DNA from: Eledone cirrhosa
Taxonomy: Eukaryota
NCBI GenBank assembly: GCA_964016885.1
Contig: OZ024742.1
Location: forward strand, 40,672,001 to 40,736,000
DNA length: 64,000 nt
Direction of reading: 5' to 3'
Shown here: positions 43,985-58,008 of the stretch, one piece after another
How positions within the stretch are numbered: position 1 is the first letter of the stretch
Layout: each line of letters starts with the position of its first letter
Program-made: the position numbers and the translations under genes
The notes under the pieces: generated by a model
Told to the model about the DNA's origin: nothing
Seen by the model: the letters and a program-made list of their open reading frames with translations, nothing else
Database searches by the model: none

Positions 43985-45776
43985 TTATTATCATTATTAT
44001 TATTTGAGTCTCAGTCATTGATGTTTTTTAACTGGAAAGTTTGTTGGGATGAATATCAAGCCGCTACTTGCAGCCTCAGATATTCAGGACGTATCGGAGG
44101 GTTCTTGCTGTTCCCAGCAAGCATGCCTTTTTAAGTGTTCCAAAAAGCGGGGCGGGACCAATTTTCTTTAACCATCCTTGGAAACTCTTTGAGATAGTAC
44201 CTAGTGCGCCTATGACAATCGGGACCACTTTGACTTCATGGCAGTTCCAAATCCTTTTTACCTCCCACTTTAAGTCCTGGTATCGATTAATTTTCTCCCT
44301 CTCCTTCTCTTGCACTCTTGTGTCGAATGAGCAGGCCACATCCACAATCAGGCACGATCTTTTTCCCTTGTCCAAAACCACCAGGTCAGGTCTATTGTGT
44401 TTCAGTTTCTTGTCCGTCTGTGTCCTAAAATCCCACAGCACCTTCACCTGATCGTTTTCCATCACTGACTCTGGCTTATGCTCATACCACTTCTCAGAAT
44501 GTGGTAAATTGTTTACTTTGCACAGGTGCCAGTGGATCACCCTGCCCATCACATCATGTCTCCAGCCTTTATAGTGAGTCTGGGCTAGGTGTTTACACTC
44601 GGATACAATGTGAGCCACAGTCTCCTCTCTCTCTCTCTCCACAGATCCTGCACACTGGGCTAGCCTCCTCCTTGTAAATATGATGTTTCAGCCACTTCGT
44701 TTTGAGAGCCTGCTCTTGCGCAGCCATTAGCATTCCTTCTGTAACCTTTTTAAGGTCTCCTCTTTTCAACCAGTTCCATGTCTGTGGATCTCTAAATTCA
44801 GTTTTCTCAAAGAAGGCACTATGAAGGGATTTTTCATGAAGGCTTCTCTTTCTCCTTGTTGTTATTTCCTCCTTGGACATCCCCTGGTCTATTGTCCTCT
44901 CCTTCAGTACAATTCTGAGCATTGGCTCCTTATTATCAGTCATGTATTTGTGTAGGTTGTTTTTCTCCATCTGAACACAGTCCTCTATGCTGATAAGACC
45001 TCTTCCACCTGCAGATCTCCTTAAGTAGAGTCTATCGACATCACTCCTTTTGTGGAACATGTTGTAGATAGTCAATAGCTTCCTAGTCTTCCTATCCATT
45101 TCTTTTTGTTCAGCAACATTCCATCTCAGAATTCCCGTACTGTACCTAATAATAGACTCAGCTCGGGAATTTACTGAACTTATGGCATTCCTACTGTTCA
45201 GATGTGACTTTAGTACGCTCCTTACTCTCCGAATGTATTCAGATCTTATCAATTCCTTCATTTTTTTGTTCTTGATGTCATCAGCCTCCAGAACACCTAA
45301 ATACTTGTATCCTTCTTCAGCATCAATTTCCTTTATCATCTCACCTGTTGGTACCTGGATTCCGTTGCTTCTTCTCAATTTACCCCTCTTCATCACAAAG
45401 ACTCCACACTTACTAAGACCAAATTGCATACATATATCACTGCTGAAAATACGGACAGTGTCAACAAGCACATCCAACTCCCTCTCACTCTTCCCGAAGA
45501 GCTTAAGATCGTCCATGAAGAGGAGGTGATTGATGGTAAGCTCTCCCTTTCCCAACTTGTATCCTGCTCTCACCTTTCGCAGTATAATGGTCAGTTGGAT
45601 GAGGGCAAGGACAAACAACAGAGGGGACAAACTATCTCCCTGGAAGATACCTCTCTTGATCCTCACGCCTCCCAAGGATTCTCCGCCTGATGTTAACTCT
45701 GTTTTCCAGGACTTCATACTTTTGCTCAACAACTGTCTGATGTTATCTGCCACCCTGAAGATCTCTAAGCTTTTGG

Positions 45777-45780
<4 letters not shown>
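43985..45780 (-). mobile_element. 5'-truncated R4/Dong-clade LINE (RT + CCHC + REL endonuclease) inside (TAA)n
   Basis: GIFQGDSLSPLLF, LFMDDLKL, YKYLG, CRICG..ETVAHIVSEC, RHD and RPDLV...IVDVAC; frameshift at the (GA)n near 44630; TAA repeats at both ends. Confidence 0.92.
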
Positions 45781-45820
<40 letters not shown>

Positions 45821-45878
45821 GTCGTTATTGGTGTTATGTTTTTTTCGTGCAATGGCCATACTCCATAATGAGGGGGCA

Positions 45879-45929
<51 letters not shown>

Positions 45930-46064
45930 CATCGTCTCAGTGTGTTGGTATTAAACGTTAGTAATAGCTCTGGTTTATCCGAACCATTGAGCACTTTGCC
46001 GCACACTTCGAAGATTGTGTTTCGTTATTTCGTGGGCCGAAGTTCCGATTCTCGATAATTTATT

Positions 46065-46149
<85 letters not shown>

Positions 46150-46195
46150 CATACATACATACATACATACATACATACATACATACATACATACA

Positions 46196-46787
46196 TGGTG
46201 GCTGCCAACTCGTTTTCGAGTACGGCCACTACTTTATATCCATGTAGGAGAACCCCTACCGATGCGCTGAACGAATGTGACTTTTTAGTCCAGCCAGCGA
46301 CTTGAAAACTCTGGTACAAACACTACACCTGTGACAATTACTGACACATAGTGCTGGGCCCATGATACCATGTGATGACAAGTGCAGAGAGATCTCCAGA
46401 TATAAAGCAATGCCTGTGCTGTGAAGCTTTTATAGTGAGCAAAGGCACTGCACAAAGCCAGTCCCACTCTCTTAACCAAGATGATATTTACCAAAAAGAA
46501 GAACAAGTCAACATCATTGGATACCATCAGGGTTGCAGGTGTTATATCAGAGTTTTCCTTCTCCTAGAATTCTGCCTTGACAAAGGCTAAGGGGTCATCT
46601 CTCCCGGTGATTTTGGATGGCTATTGAGTCTTAAGAGCTCCCTTGCCCTTTGACAGGTTTTGTTTTTAGTCCTGCAGGATGTCCAAAGTCACCCTCCTCA
46701 CCAAGAAACCTTGGTGGGGTTGCCAGTTTAGTCGCCAACGACCCGACCATGAGACAGGTTGTACTGGGATACATGTTACCAGTAGCA
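46196..46787. mobile_element. ~590-bp non-coding element between (TACA)n tracts
   Basis: Longer copy of 33388-33794; the minus strand carries ctaggagaaggaaaactctga, resembling RTE 5'-UTR motifs. Confidence 0.7.
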
Positions 46788-46876
46788 CATACATACATAC
46801 ATACATACATACATACATACATACATACATACATACATACATACATACATACATACATACATACATACATACATAC

Positions 46877-48225
46877 TCATCAACTTCCACATCAATAGTG
46901 AAATAGACCGCCTTTACTTGAAACGTAAGCAGGGAGGCAGAGGCCTAACATCAGTCCAGACAGCATTCAAATGTCGCATCATATCCCTCCGACAACATCT
47001 ACGAACCTCGAAGCGTAGGAGCCCGTTTCTCGATCAAGTCTATCTGCATGAAACAGATAAGATCATGAGAGTTGGGAAGGAACTCCTTGAGAGATATTCC
47101 CTGTGTGATAATCAAAAACTCACACCCAGGGAAGTCGCTCAGCAGTATCGCAGTGAATCCATGGATGAAAAACTGCATGCTTATTAGCAAAAATTCATGC
47201 ATGGATATGTTGCCAGGAAGCTCCAGAGTGAGAGTAATATAGATAAGAAAAGTAGTCTATCTTGGACCAACAACCGCTATATTGGCTCCCACTTTGAAGG
47301 ATAAGCTTTTGGAATCCAAGAACAGGAAATTAACACGAAATACCTGATTCACAAAAGAGATAGGGATGCAGGCAAAACACCTAGATGTGATAACAAGTGC
47401 AGACTCTGCAGAATTAACATCGAAGATGTCACCCATGTCATCAGCAGCTGTCCAAAGATGTCATCGTGGTACTATCTACCTATGAAGCATGATGTAGTGG
47501 CCAAAACACTGTACAATGCAATCCGTAGAAAAGATAGTCCCGATAATAAACACATTAAAAGCTATAGCAATGTGGAAGACATCCATATACATAATATGAA
47601 AGAGTACTGGTGGAATGTTCCAGTAAAAACCCCAATAAAATGCAGGCATAACAGACCAGATATTATGATATGGGACAGGGAAAAGAAAGCATTACAGTAG
47701 TGGAAGTTAGCTACCCAGCAGATGCCAATATAATATCAAAGATTATCAAAAAGGAGAATATTTATGCAGAACTGATGAGAAATCTGCAGATACTCCACCC
47801 TGATTACACCTTCAGATTTATGCCTGTGATTATTGGGGCACTGGGATATATTAGTAACTGCCTCAATACAAATCTTGAGAAGCTGGGCTTCACAGGAACA
47901 GAAAGAACACAACTAGTTAGGAAATTACAAGTACAATCCATTAATGGAACAGTAAAAATATGTAAAACATTCCAAAAATTTGCATCTAATAACTGCATAT
48001 ACACATGTACAGATACAAAGCATATACACATGCACACATACAATTCAAAACATCCACATCCACACATACAATAACATCCATATCTACACATGCATGCATG
48101 CAGACATACAGACATATCCACCTAGTTGATGTTGTGTAAATTCCAATGAGAGAGTCTTGTGTCTATGTTAGAGACCGACTCTCTCTATTGGCAATAATTT
48201 GTGAAATTATAAAACCAGAAGAACA
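46877..48225 (+). mobile_element. R4/Dong-like REL LINE 3' part ending in (CATA)n
   Basis: DRLYLKRKQGGRGL, KHDVVAK, HNRPDIMIWD, VVEVSYP and PVIIGALG; 3' end aaaaccagaagaa also seen at about 33285 and, inverted, at about 49165. Confidence 0.9.
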
Positions 48226-48517
48226 TACATACATACATACATACATACATACATACATACATACATGCATACATGCATACATGCATACATACATACATAC
48301 ATACATACATACATACATACATACATACATACATACATACATACATACATACATACATACATACATACATTAAAACAGCAACGCCTCGTTATTATTAGAC
48401 TATTTTATTTAGTCGCTATTTCAATTTTCAAACTCTGCTCGCCGCTTTTTAAATATGCTTCCAAAATATATATACATATACGAATTGGAGTTATACATAC
48501 ACACACACACACACACA

Positions 48518-48619
<102 letters not shown>

Positions 48620-48730
48620 AAAATAAGTTGTTTTTTATGAAAAAAAAACGAGATGTCCTACATGAGTGAAAGTATAGGGAAAAGAAATCTAAAATGCAAC
48701 TGGAGTCTTTTTAAGAATATTTATTTGTTT

Positions 48731-48768
48731 CCTTTACCGGTTTCACAGTTCTTATGCTTTTCAAAAGT
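48731..48768 (-). ncRNA. Minimal hammerhead with U3/A8 core (family H3), slightly decayed copy
   Basis: CTT-TTGAAAA-GCAT/CTGT-GAA-A-CCGG-T-A-AAG. Confidence 0.6.
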
Positions 48769-50634
48769 AGAATTGAGATGGAAGGTTTGTGGGTTTTCTC
48801 GCATATATATAGAGAGATATAGATATATACATATACATATATACCTATATATATATATATATATATATATATACTCGCGAACATAAGTAAAAGGACCTAT
48901 AGTATAGTTCTCGCCACCTAAATCTTAGTGATATACTCAAACAAACTCCACCATATAAATAAATTCTGAATATTGAATATACGTACATTCCCAAAATAAA
49001 CCCATACGTAACCTACATATAAAAAGGTAAAGTATTGATATAAAAAACGCGAGTGTTGAGAATGATACAAACATGAAGAGGGTGTGATAATATCAAGGTT
49101 GATAGATAGATATCAATCGAAAACATATATTCATACATCTATATAATATATATGTATGTATGTTTCTTCTGGTTTGATAATTTCACAAATTGTTGCCAAT
49201 AGAGATGTATGTATGTATGTTTATGTATGTATGAATGTATGTGTGTATGTATGTATGTAGGTATGTATGTGTGTGTGTGTATGTATGTATGTAAGTATGT
49301 ATGTATGTTTGTATGTATGTTATGTATATATGCATGTATATGTGTATCTATGCTTAAAGGAAAAGCCTATAAAGCACGGAGAAAATATGAAATTTGTATG
49401 TTTCGCTTTACAAACCTACTCCAATGATGTAAATTATAAATTAACTCCTGAAAATGGAAACATTTGGCAGCTTCATTTTTTAACGGTTCAAATTGTGATA
49501 TTTGTACCAAAATCTAAGGACACTATGGAACATTCCACACTGCTTTTTTATTTTTTGCATCAAATATTGCTTCCACTTGTGCAATAATTTCATGCTGGAA
49601 TCTCTGATTTTAAGTTTTTTGTGCTGTTTATTTCCGTACATGGACATTGCTACTTGTGGCATGTGACATTGCATGAAAAACTGGCGCTCGGTCGGTTCCG
49701 ACGAGTGTTGAATTGATCTCGATCTATGTGTTTTTTTTGTTTTTTTTACATAGAATCATACCTCAGATATTGATAATGGGTGTAATTAATGTTAGAATAA
49801 AGTAACTTGAACATCGTCTTAAAATACTGTTGAGTTCAGTCGGTTGGGAAGACAAGTGTTCCATCAACAGACTGCTTATAAAATAACCCTACAAGTGACT
49901 GAGTGCACTCTAAACGTAGTTCTCAGGGAGATTCAGCGTGACACACTAGCAAGCACTTTGAATCATAGATACAACTTATTTGTTTCCAGCTGATGAACTG
50001 GAGCAACATAAAATAAGATGTCTTGCTCAAGGTCACAACGCACTGTCCTGAACACATTACTTTCAGATTATGAGCTGAAGACCCATTTCACTAAGCCACG
50101 CGCCTTCTCATGACACATATACACACTCAGCCTCCGGAATCCACACTCCCCCTCCCCCACCCCTGACCCCTCTCCTTCCACACGCACGCACACACCGACC
50201 TACACCCCACCCCACGCGCACACCTTTTCCTGAACATGGAACCTCGTTCTTCCCCTAACTCTCACATTCACATACACACGCACGCACACACACGTACACC
50301 TACACACATACACAAACACCACCTTCAGCCTTCCCCGCTTCGACCACCCGCCTCCCTCTCCCAACTCCACCCGCAACCACCCTTACACGCCCCACACCCT
50401 TCCACCACTTGTTCATTTTATTACTTTTATGTTTATTTTTATGTTTATTTTTATTTTTATTTTTATTTTTATTTTTATTTTTATTTTTATTTTTATTTTT
50501 ATTTTTATTTTTATTTTTATTTTTATTTTTATTTTTATTTTTATTTTTATTTGTTCTCCTTCACCCTTTTTTCTAAATGTCTTTCCAGCCCTCTTCTACA
50601 CACCCTCGGAACTCTCTTCCTATCCAATTTTCTC

Positions 50635-50665
50635 CTGAAGAAGGGCTTATGCCCGAAACGTCGCC
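50635..50665 (+). ncRNA. Minimal Penelope-type hammerhead core with helix I lost
   Basis: CTGAAGA-A-GGGC-TTAT-GCCC-GAAACGTC; AATAAA at 50691; helix I is only about 1 bp. Confidence 0.55.
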
Positions 50666-50743
50666 GCCCCACTCTCAAGAGCGTGAACCTAATAAACCTT
50701 TATTTGTCTGACTCTCTGTTTTTGTTCCCGCTCAAATTTTCAC

Positions 50744-50892
<149 letters not shown>

Positions 50893-52110
50893 GTGTGTGT
50901 GTGTGTGTGTATTCGACGGCTATTTCTGTCCAGAAATAGCCGTCGAAACGGCTTGAGCTCTGCCTTCGGGGTTAAACATTTTCCTATATATATATATATA
51001 TATATATATTGTTATACTTGGGGATGGTGATATCGTTGTAATGATATTGCCAGAAATAATAACAGAACACACTGTTTGGTTCGTTTTGTATCTTTTATAT
51101 CTCATTAATTCATTAGGCCATCTATGTTTATCATTGACTGACCAACGGTCAAAAGTACAGATATAAATATATATATATATATAGTCTAACAAAGTTCTTT
51201 CGTTGCACATCTGCAACATCATCAGTGGTACTATTATCATGTTTCCTCCTATTGTATTGTATTGTATTGTAATGTCTACGCCATTTTTATTTTATCTATT
51301 TATTTATTTACTTATTTTTGCCTTATGTATATATATATAGGGGGGCAGTGGGGCTGTAGAGATGATATAATAGTGTATAAAATATCAAATGATACATATT
51401 ATATAGTAAAATAAAAATATATATATTTATTTATACATAGTATATATTATATTATTTATTATATATAAATTAACGATTTTATTTATTATATATTATTTAC
51501 AATTTGTGTGTAGGGCAGGTGTTGCTGGAAATAGGGTTGGGGGCCCTGAGGGTATTACGTGACCGTGGGAGGGGGGGGGGGGCAAAACGTTTGAGAACCT
51601 CTGAACTAGAGGTTTGCTCATAGAGTTACATACGTTTATGCAAGCGTGTATGGATGGCGTATTGAAAACATTAGGTTTGTCAGGTTTTATGTTGTAACAA
51701 GAAAACCTAATACTGTATTCGTTATAAGTTAAATATTTCGTAAAACTTAGCCAAATTGTTTATTGTTTTTATTGGTTCGTTGGAAGCTTCTTAACTGCAG
51801 AAATTCATTTGATATATGCTTTGTGATTAGAAAGATACGTGATTCTTAGATTGAGAATTTCCCATGCCGGTTGGAAATTTACATTAGCTTCACAATAGAC
51901 CCAGCATTGCTGAGATTCAGCACTGCTGGAATATAACTGATAATAGACACATGCATGCCAAGGAGGGAAGACAAAATGTATTCGCAATATTCCGAGAAGT
52001 CCAAGAAGGTAGATAGAAAACTTAGTAACACATTTCTGAACTCAAGACACGAGCTGAATAAGTAGCAATATTAATATATCACACAATAGCATGTTTGTTA
52101 CAATCGATAA

Positions 52111-52198
<88 letters not shown>

Positions 52199-52713
52199 AT
52201 ATGCATACATATATATATATACACATATATATATACGTGTATATACGTATTTATGCGTATGTGTCTATATGTGTATGTGAATGGAAACATGCAAACATAT
52301 ATACATATATGTATGTCTATATATATATGTGTGTGTAGAGAGAGAGAGAGCTATATATACACACATACATATCTATTATATATACACACACGCGCGCGCA
52401 TATATATATAGGTTTATAGGTTATGTTTAGGAAGTTAGTACAATGCAGAAGGAGTTGTAAATATTAAGGCAACAAAATCGGGTGAAGAAGCAGAGAGGTG
52501 AAGTCGTGGTGAGAAGAAGAAATAACGATATCCGGAATATAAGGACGAATAAATATTTCTAAGGTAACATCTCCGGGGCTTTTTTGTTTGTTTTTGTTAT
52601 TTTTTCTTCCTCTTCTCCACACAACCGCACTCTCAGATTCATCACCCCCACGACTCCATCAGGAATTAAGAGCCCTTCTTTCCCTTGTCTCCCTCTCTCT
52701 GTCTCTCTCTCTC

Positions 52714-52797
<84 letters not shown>

Positions 52798-52935
52798 TGA
52801 GTGTGTGTGAGAGTTCCGGGTTCAATTGGTGGTAATCACAGTAAGTAAGGTACTCAATACATTAGTAAAGTGTAAACATCATTTTTAATATAGAAATGGA
52901 TGGCTTCTGTAGAAGCCATTTCTATATTAAACATG

Positions 52936-53048
<113 letters not shown>

Positions 53049-53441
53049 TATACAAGACGAACTCCTGCAGTTTCCGTCTACCAAAATCTACTCATAAGCC
53101 GAAACTATACTTGAAGACACTTGCCTAAGGTACCGGACGGCGGGATCGAATCTAGAATCACATGGTTGGGTAATGAACCCCATAGCCATGCCTGTATCTA
53201 TATATGTATATTTACAATAGTCAAGATAATATTTAAATCATATAAAACGAAATATTCCCTTTCTGAGTTGTATCCCGCTATCAGGAATCAAAGAAGCTTT
53301 CCACGGTCAAATGAAACAAACACACAAATAAAAATAATATTGCATTTGATTGTTGTTTTCCCATTGACCAATTCTTTATTTGTATTTCCTTAATATATTT
53401 GGTCTCAGTGACCAATAAAAAATCATTATATACCATTGCTA

Positions 53442-53627
53442 GGGCGGTGGATTGGCAGTATCGGTAGAGGGTCGGACGTCATGCTTTCCAGCATAGTTAC
53501 GTCCCTTTACGATCTGAGTTCAAATCCCGCCGAGGTTGACTTTGCCTTTCATCCTTACGGGGTCGATAAAATAAAGTACCAGTAATGCACTGGGTAATTG
53601 CTGGCCTTGTGCCTAAAGTAGAAACAG
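53442..53627 (+). mobile_element. Full-length family-A SINE with 16-bp TSD
   Basis: TSD ttatataccattgcta at 53426-53441 and 53628-53643. Confidence 0.92.
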
Positions 53628-54259
53628 TTATATACCATTGCTATTGTTGTTGTTATTATGTTAAATGTCCCTCGGAAGTCTCCCTCCTATTGGGGAATTT
53701 TTCATTGTTATTTTTTATTACATCCTCTGTTTTGTTTTTTTTACATTCAGAAATGCCCATTTGTACCGTCCTGTTTGTCCTGTACTGTCCTTAATGTCTA
53801 CTTTATGTAAACCCTTGTGGTTAATAAAGAAAGCATTGTTGTTGTTATTTTTTTTTTTTTTTTTTCGATTTTTCCAGTAATATTATTTTCATTTGTTTTT
53901 ATTGTTTTTTTTTTTTTTTTTTTTTTTTTTTTCAACAAACATTTCCCCCAAAACACAAAACATCAAATGTTCCGCTAACCAAACCATTTTTTGATCTCAT
54001 ATCCTTCCTTCTCTAAACCTATAAACAATGACCATAACGGAAAACTATAACCTTAACCCTAACCTTATGTTAATATTATGAGAATGAGTTGTTTTATTCT
54101 GTTACTGGTTTTAGTCTTTAGAGAGCGGTCATGCTGGGGCAATGCCTTGATTTACTCGATCATATCTTTTTTTATTGATTGGTACTTATTTTATCGCTTT
54201 TTTTGTTTTTGTCGGACTATATAGTTACAGGCACAGACGCACACCTATACATATGTGTG

Positions 54260-54325
<66 letters not shown>

Positions 54326-54366
54326 CGAAAAATAAGTCAATTGCATGAACTCATAATCCTTTATTT

Positions 54367-54422
54367 ACTGCTATATATATTTCGATGATAGCCATTGAAT
54401 GGCTATGACCTCATCAGGCAGT
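54367..54422 (-). ncRNA. Intact type-I hammerhead ribozyme (family H4)
   Basis: ACTGC-CTGATGA-GGTCATAGCCAT/ATGGCTATCATC-GAA-A-TATATA-T-A-GCAGT; upstream on the same strand ILPDGLN (about 54610-54630) resembles a GIY-YIG C-terminal PxGLN motif. Confidence 0.88.
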
Positions 54423-54894
54423 TAGTCATTTCTTAGATATGCCAGCTCTGTGTATATAGTGTTGATGGTATCAGAGTCTTGGGACATATGAGCTTGTTAG
54501 GAATAATTTAATGTTGTCAGCAGGAACAGTCTTAATTCTCATTGGTCAGTTTGTAGATGTAGTAGGGTTGGTATTTGACCTCAAATAGGCAGGTGGTGTT
54601 GTAAAGTTCAAACCGTCAGGCAAGATGACAATAGTTCCATATGACTGATTTTCACAAAAAGCATTCTTGGTCAGATATATATTCAATTAAGGTTAATAGT
54701 ATGAAATAGATACTACAGGTCATTCTTGAATTGAGGAATCTATGTGGAGTGGTGCTACTGAAATTTATGGTTGGAGTAGAAAAGTTACAAATAAAAAGAC
54801 TTATGTAGGTTGGCTTGCACGTACACTCACACCCACCTCCACAGGTACACACACACATCCACACATACAAAATGTGGGGTGGTAATACTTAAAA

Positions 54895-55255
54895 TAATTG
54901 TTTCTACTTTAGGCACAAGGCCAGCAAATTACCCAGTGCATTACTGGTACTTTATTTTATCGACCCCGTAAGGATGAAAGGCAAAGTCAACCTCGGCGGG
55001 ATTTGAACTCAGATCGTAAAGGGGCGTAACTATGCTGGAAAGCATGGCGTCCGACCCTCTACCGATACTGCCAATCCACCATATCGGTAGAGGGTCGGAC
55101 TCCATGCTTTCCAGCATAGTTACGTCCCTTTACGATCTGAGTTCAAATCCCGCCGAGGTTGACTTTGCCTTTCACCCTTACGGGGTCGATAAAATAAAGT
55201 ACCAATAATGCACTGGGTAATTGCTGGCCTTGTGCCTAAAGTAGAAACAATTATT
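54895..55255. mobile_element. Head-to-head pair of family-A SINEs
   Basis: Minus copy 54895-55080 abuts plus copy 55083-55255. Confidence 0.9.
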
Positions 55256-55449
55256 TTAAGTATTACTTAAAATAATGGTTAGAGTCCAATACTTAGATAG
55301 TTTAGAAAATTTAGAAATAAAAGGTTTATGCTGATTGACTTGTACATACACTCATACCTACCCCCTACCCCCTCAGACACTCACACATCTACACACAAAT
55401 CCATACGGGTGTGTATATATATACATCTATGCATGTATGTACGCACAAG

Positions 55450-55480
<31 letters not shown>

Positions 55481-55948
55481 TATATACACAGAACATACAT
55501 ATATATAAAATATATATATATAGATATAAAAATATAAAAAATATATATATACATAAAATACCACATACATAAAATATATACACACATAAAACATACATAC
55601 ATATATATATATAAAATACACATAAATATACAGATATATATAAAATATATACATATATATACATACATATATATAAAATACACATATATACACATATAAT
55701 ATATATATATATATATATACACATTATACATATATACATATATATATAAAATCAGGTTCAATAAAACGTGGTTTAGATGACTCTTAACCAGTAGAGGATC
55801 CGGTGAACCATCCACCATAGGGACCACAAACTATGGGTGGTTGTTGTTGTCCATTGGTCATTGGTACGGGGTGTAGGGGACCTATATATATATATATATA
55901 TGTATATACATACATATGTATATATATATATATATATACATATGTATG

Positions 55949-56129
<181 letters not shown>

Positions 56130-56183
56130 ATGAGAGACGTAAAATAAGAAAATTATAAAATTAACTTACTTACTAAAATTTCA

Positions 56184-56262
56184 CTCCAACTAATTAGTTT
56201 CTGAAAGGGAATAAACATAGTTTCCGAAGAAACGTACAGAGAAGCCTTTCGTCATCAGGGAA
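56184..56262 (-). ncRNA. Hammerhead ribozyme (family H5), left arm of inverted repeat 56129-56545
   Basis: TTCC-CTGATGA-C-GAAAGG...CCTTTC-A-GAA-AC-TAATTA-GT-T-GGAG; palindromic AACTAATTAGTT; first helix-II pair mismatched. Confidence 0.68.
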
Positions 56263-56410
56263 GTCTATTCTCACTATGGAAGATGTCAACACACAACTTG
56301 AGAAATTCATGGAAATAATACTAGCCATATGCTCCAGCTTTTCCCCAGAAAGAAAGGACAATAGACAAAAGAATAATATTCCCAGATACAGGAGAATCCT
56401 ATGAGAAGAT

Positions 56411-56489
56411 TTCCCTGATGACGAAAGGCTTCTCTGTACGTTTCTTCTGAAACTATGTTTATTCCCTTTCAGAAACTAATTAGTTGGAG
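56411..56489 (+). ncRNA. Hammerhead ribozyme (family H5), right arm
   Basis: Same motif as 56184-56262 on the plus strand. Confidence 0.68.
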
Positions 56490-56656
56490 TGAAATTTTAG
56501 TAAGTAAGTTAATTTTATAATTTTCTTATTTTACGTCTCTCATATTATTGTTCTGCATCCCCATGCATTGAACCACAAAGTTACTAAGACAAAACCTATA
56601 TATTTGGTAGCATAAGTATGCATCTGTGTATATATATGTTACTAGATATATTAATT

Positions 56657-56736
<80 letters not shown>

Positions 56737-56767
56737 GTATTTATATACATATATATATATACATATG

Positions 56768-56843
<76 letters not shown>

Positions 56844-56974
56844 TATAGATATATATATATATATAGATATATAGATATATATATATATAGATATATATAT
56901 ATATAGAAAAAGAGATGAAATCGAAAATGCAACTGGAGTCTTATTTTTTTTTAAATATATATATTTATTTGGTT

Positions 56975-57012
56975 CCTTTACCGGTTTCGCAGTTCTTCTG
57001 CTTTTCAAAAGG
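56975..57012 (-). ncRNA. Minimal hammerhead with U3/A8 core (family H3), inside inverted repeat about 56906-57090
   Basis: CCTT-TTGAAAA-GCAG-AAGAA-CTGC-GAA-A-CCGG-T-A-AAGG; all helices perfect; GUA site. Confidence 0.8.
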
Positions 57013-57151
57013 TGAGTTGAGATGGAGGGTCTGTGGTTTTTTTCTCACAAAATAAGACTCCAGTTGCATTTTCGATTTCATCTCTTTTTCTTTATACTTT
57101 CACTCGTGTAGGACACCTCGGTTATTTTTCAATTTGTAAAAAAAACCTCAC

Positions 57152-57276
<125 letters not shown>

Positions 57277-57297
57277 GTATAATAAACAATACAATAT

Positions 57298-57375
57298 AAT
57301 TACCTCATTACCAGAAGTTTCCCGAATAAGACGAATACAAGAAACGTCCTCATTCGTTCGTCAGAGAAGGCAATT
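57298..57375 (-). ncRNA. Hammerhead in the 3' pseudo-LTR (family H6)
   Basis: CTGACGA...GAAACTTCTGGTA; two substitutions relative to the copy at 61127. Confidence 0.72.
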
Positions 57376-57929
57376 TAAAACATAGTGAAATATTTGAAAA
57401 ATCTCCCCAAGAAAAGCAAAAGTTTAACGGGCAAAAAAAATATATAAATAAAAGTAATAGCGTACATACAGACTCAGAGACTAAGGATTGAAATATATAC
57501 ACATACAAGTATGAAAGCACGCGTATAAACACACGCGCGCAACCACATACATGCATGTGATATATACAGGAAAGGGAGTGTATCAGTCAAAGCAGTGTCA
57601 GGCTGAAGGTCGATACATATATAAAAAAATATAAAATATGAAAATGAAAAAATATATGAGAATAAAAAAATTAAATCAAAGAGAAAGTAAGAGGGAGGGG
57701 TTATCAATTATAAAGTAACACTAGAAAAAATAGAAAACATACAGAGGTTCGTACACACACATATATATATATATATAAATATATATATAAATACGTACAG
57801 ACAAAAGCACATACATGCGTACATACATACAAAAGCGCGCATACATACACACGAAGCACATATATATACATACATGTACATCTAATCACACGCAAGCACG
57901 CGACCATATATATATATACATATATATAT

Positions 57930-58008
<79 letters not shown>

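Noticed and set aside
54047-54066. Telomere-like taacct/taaccc units
   Set aside because: Only three imperfect units
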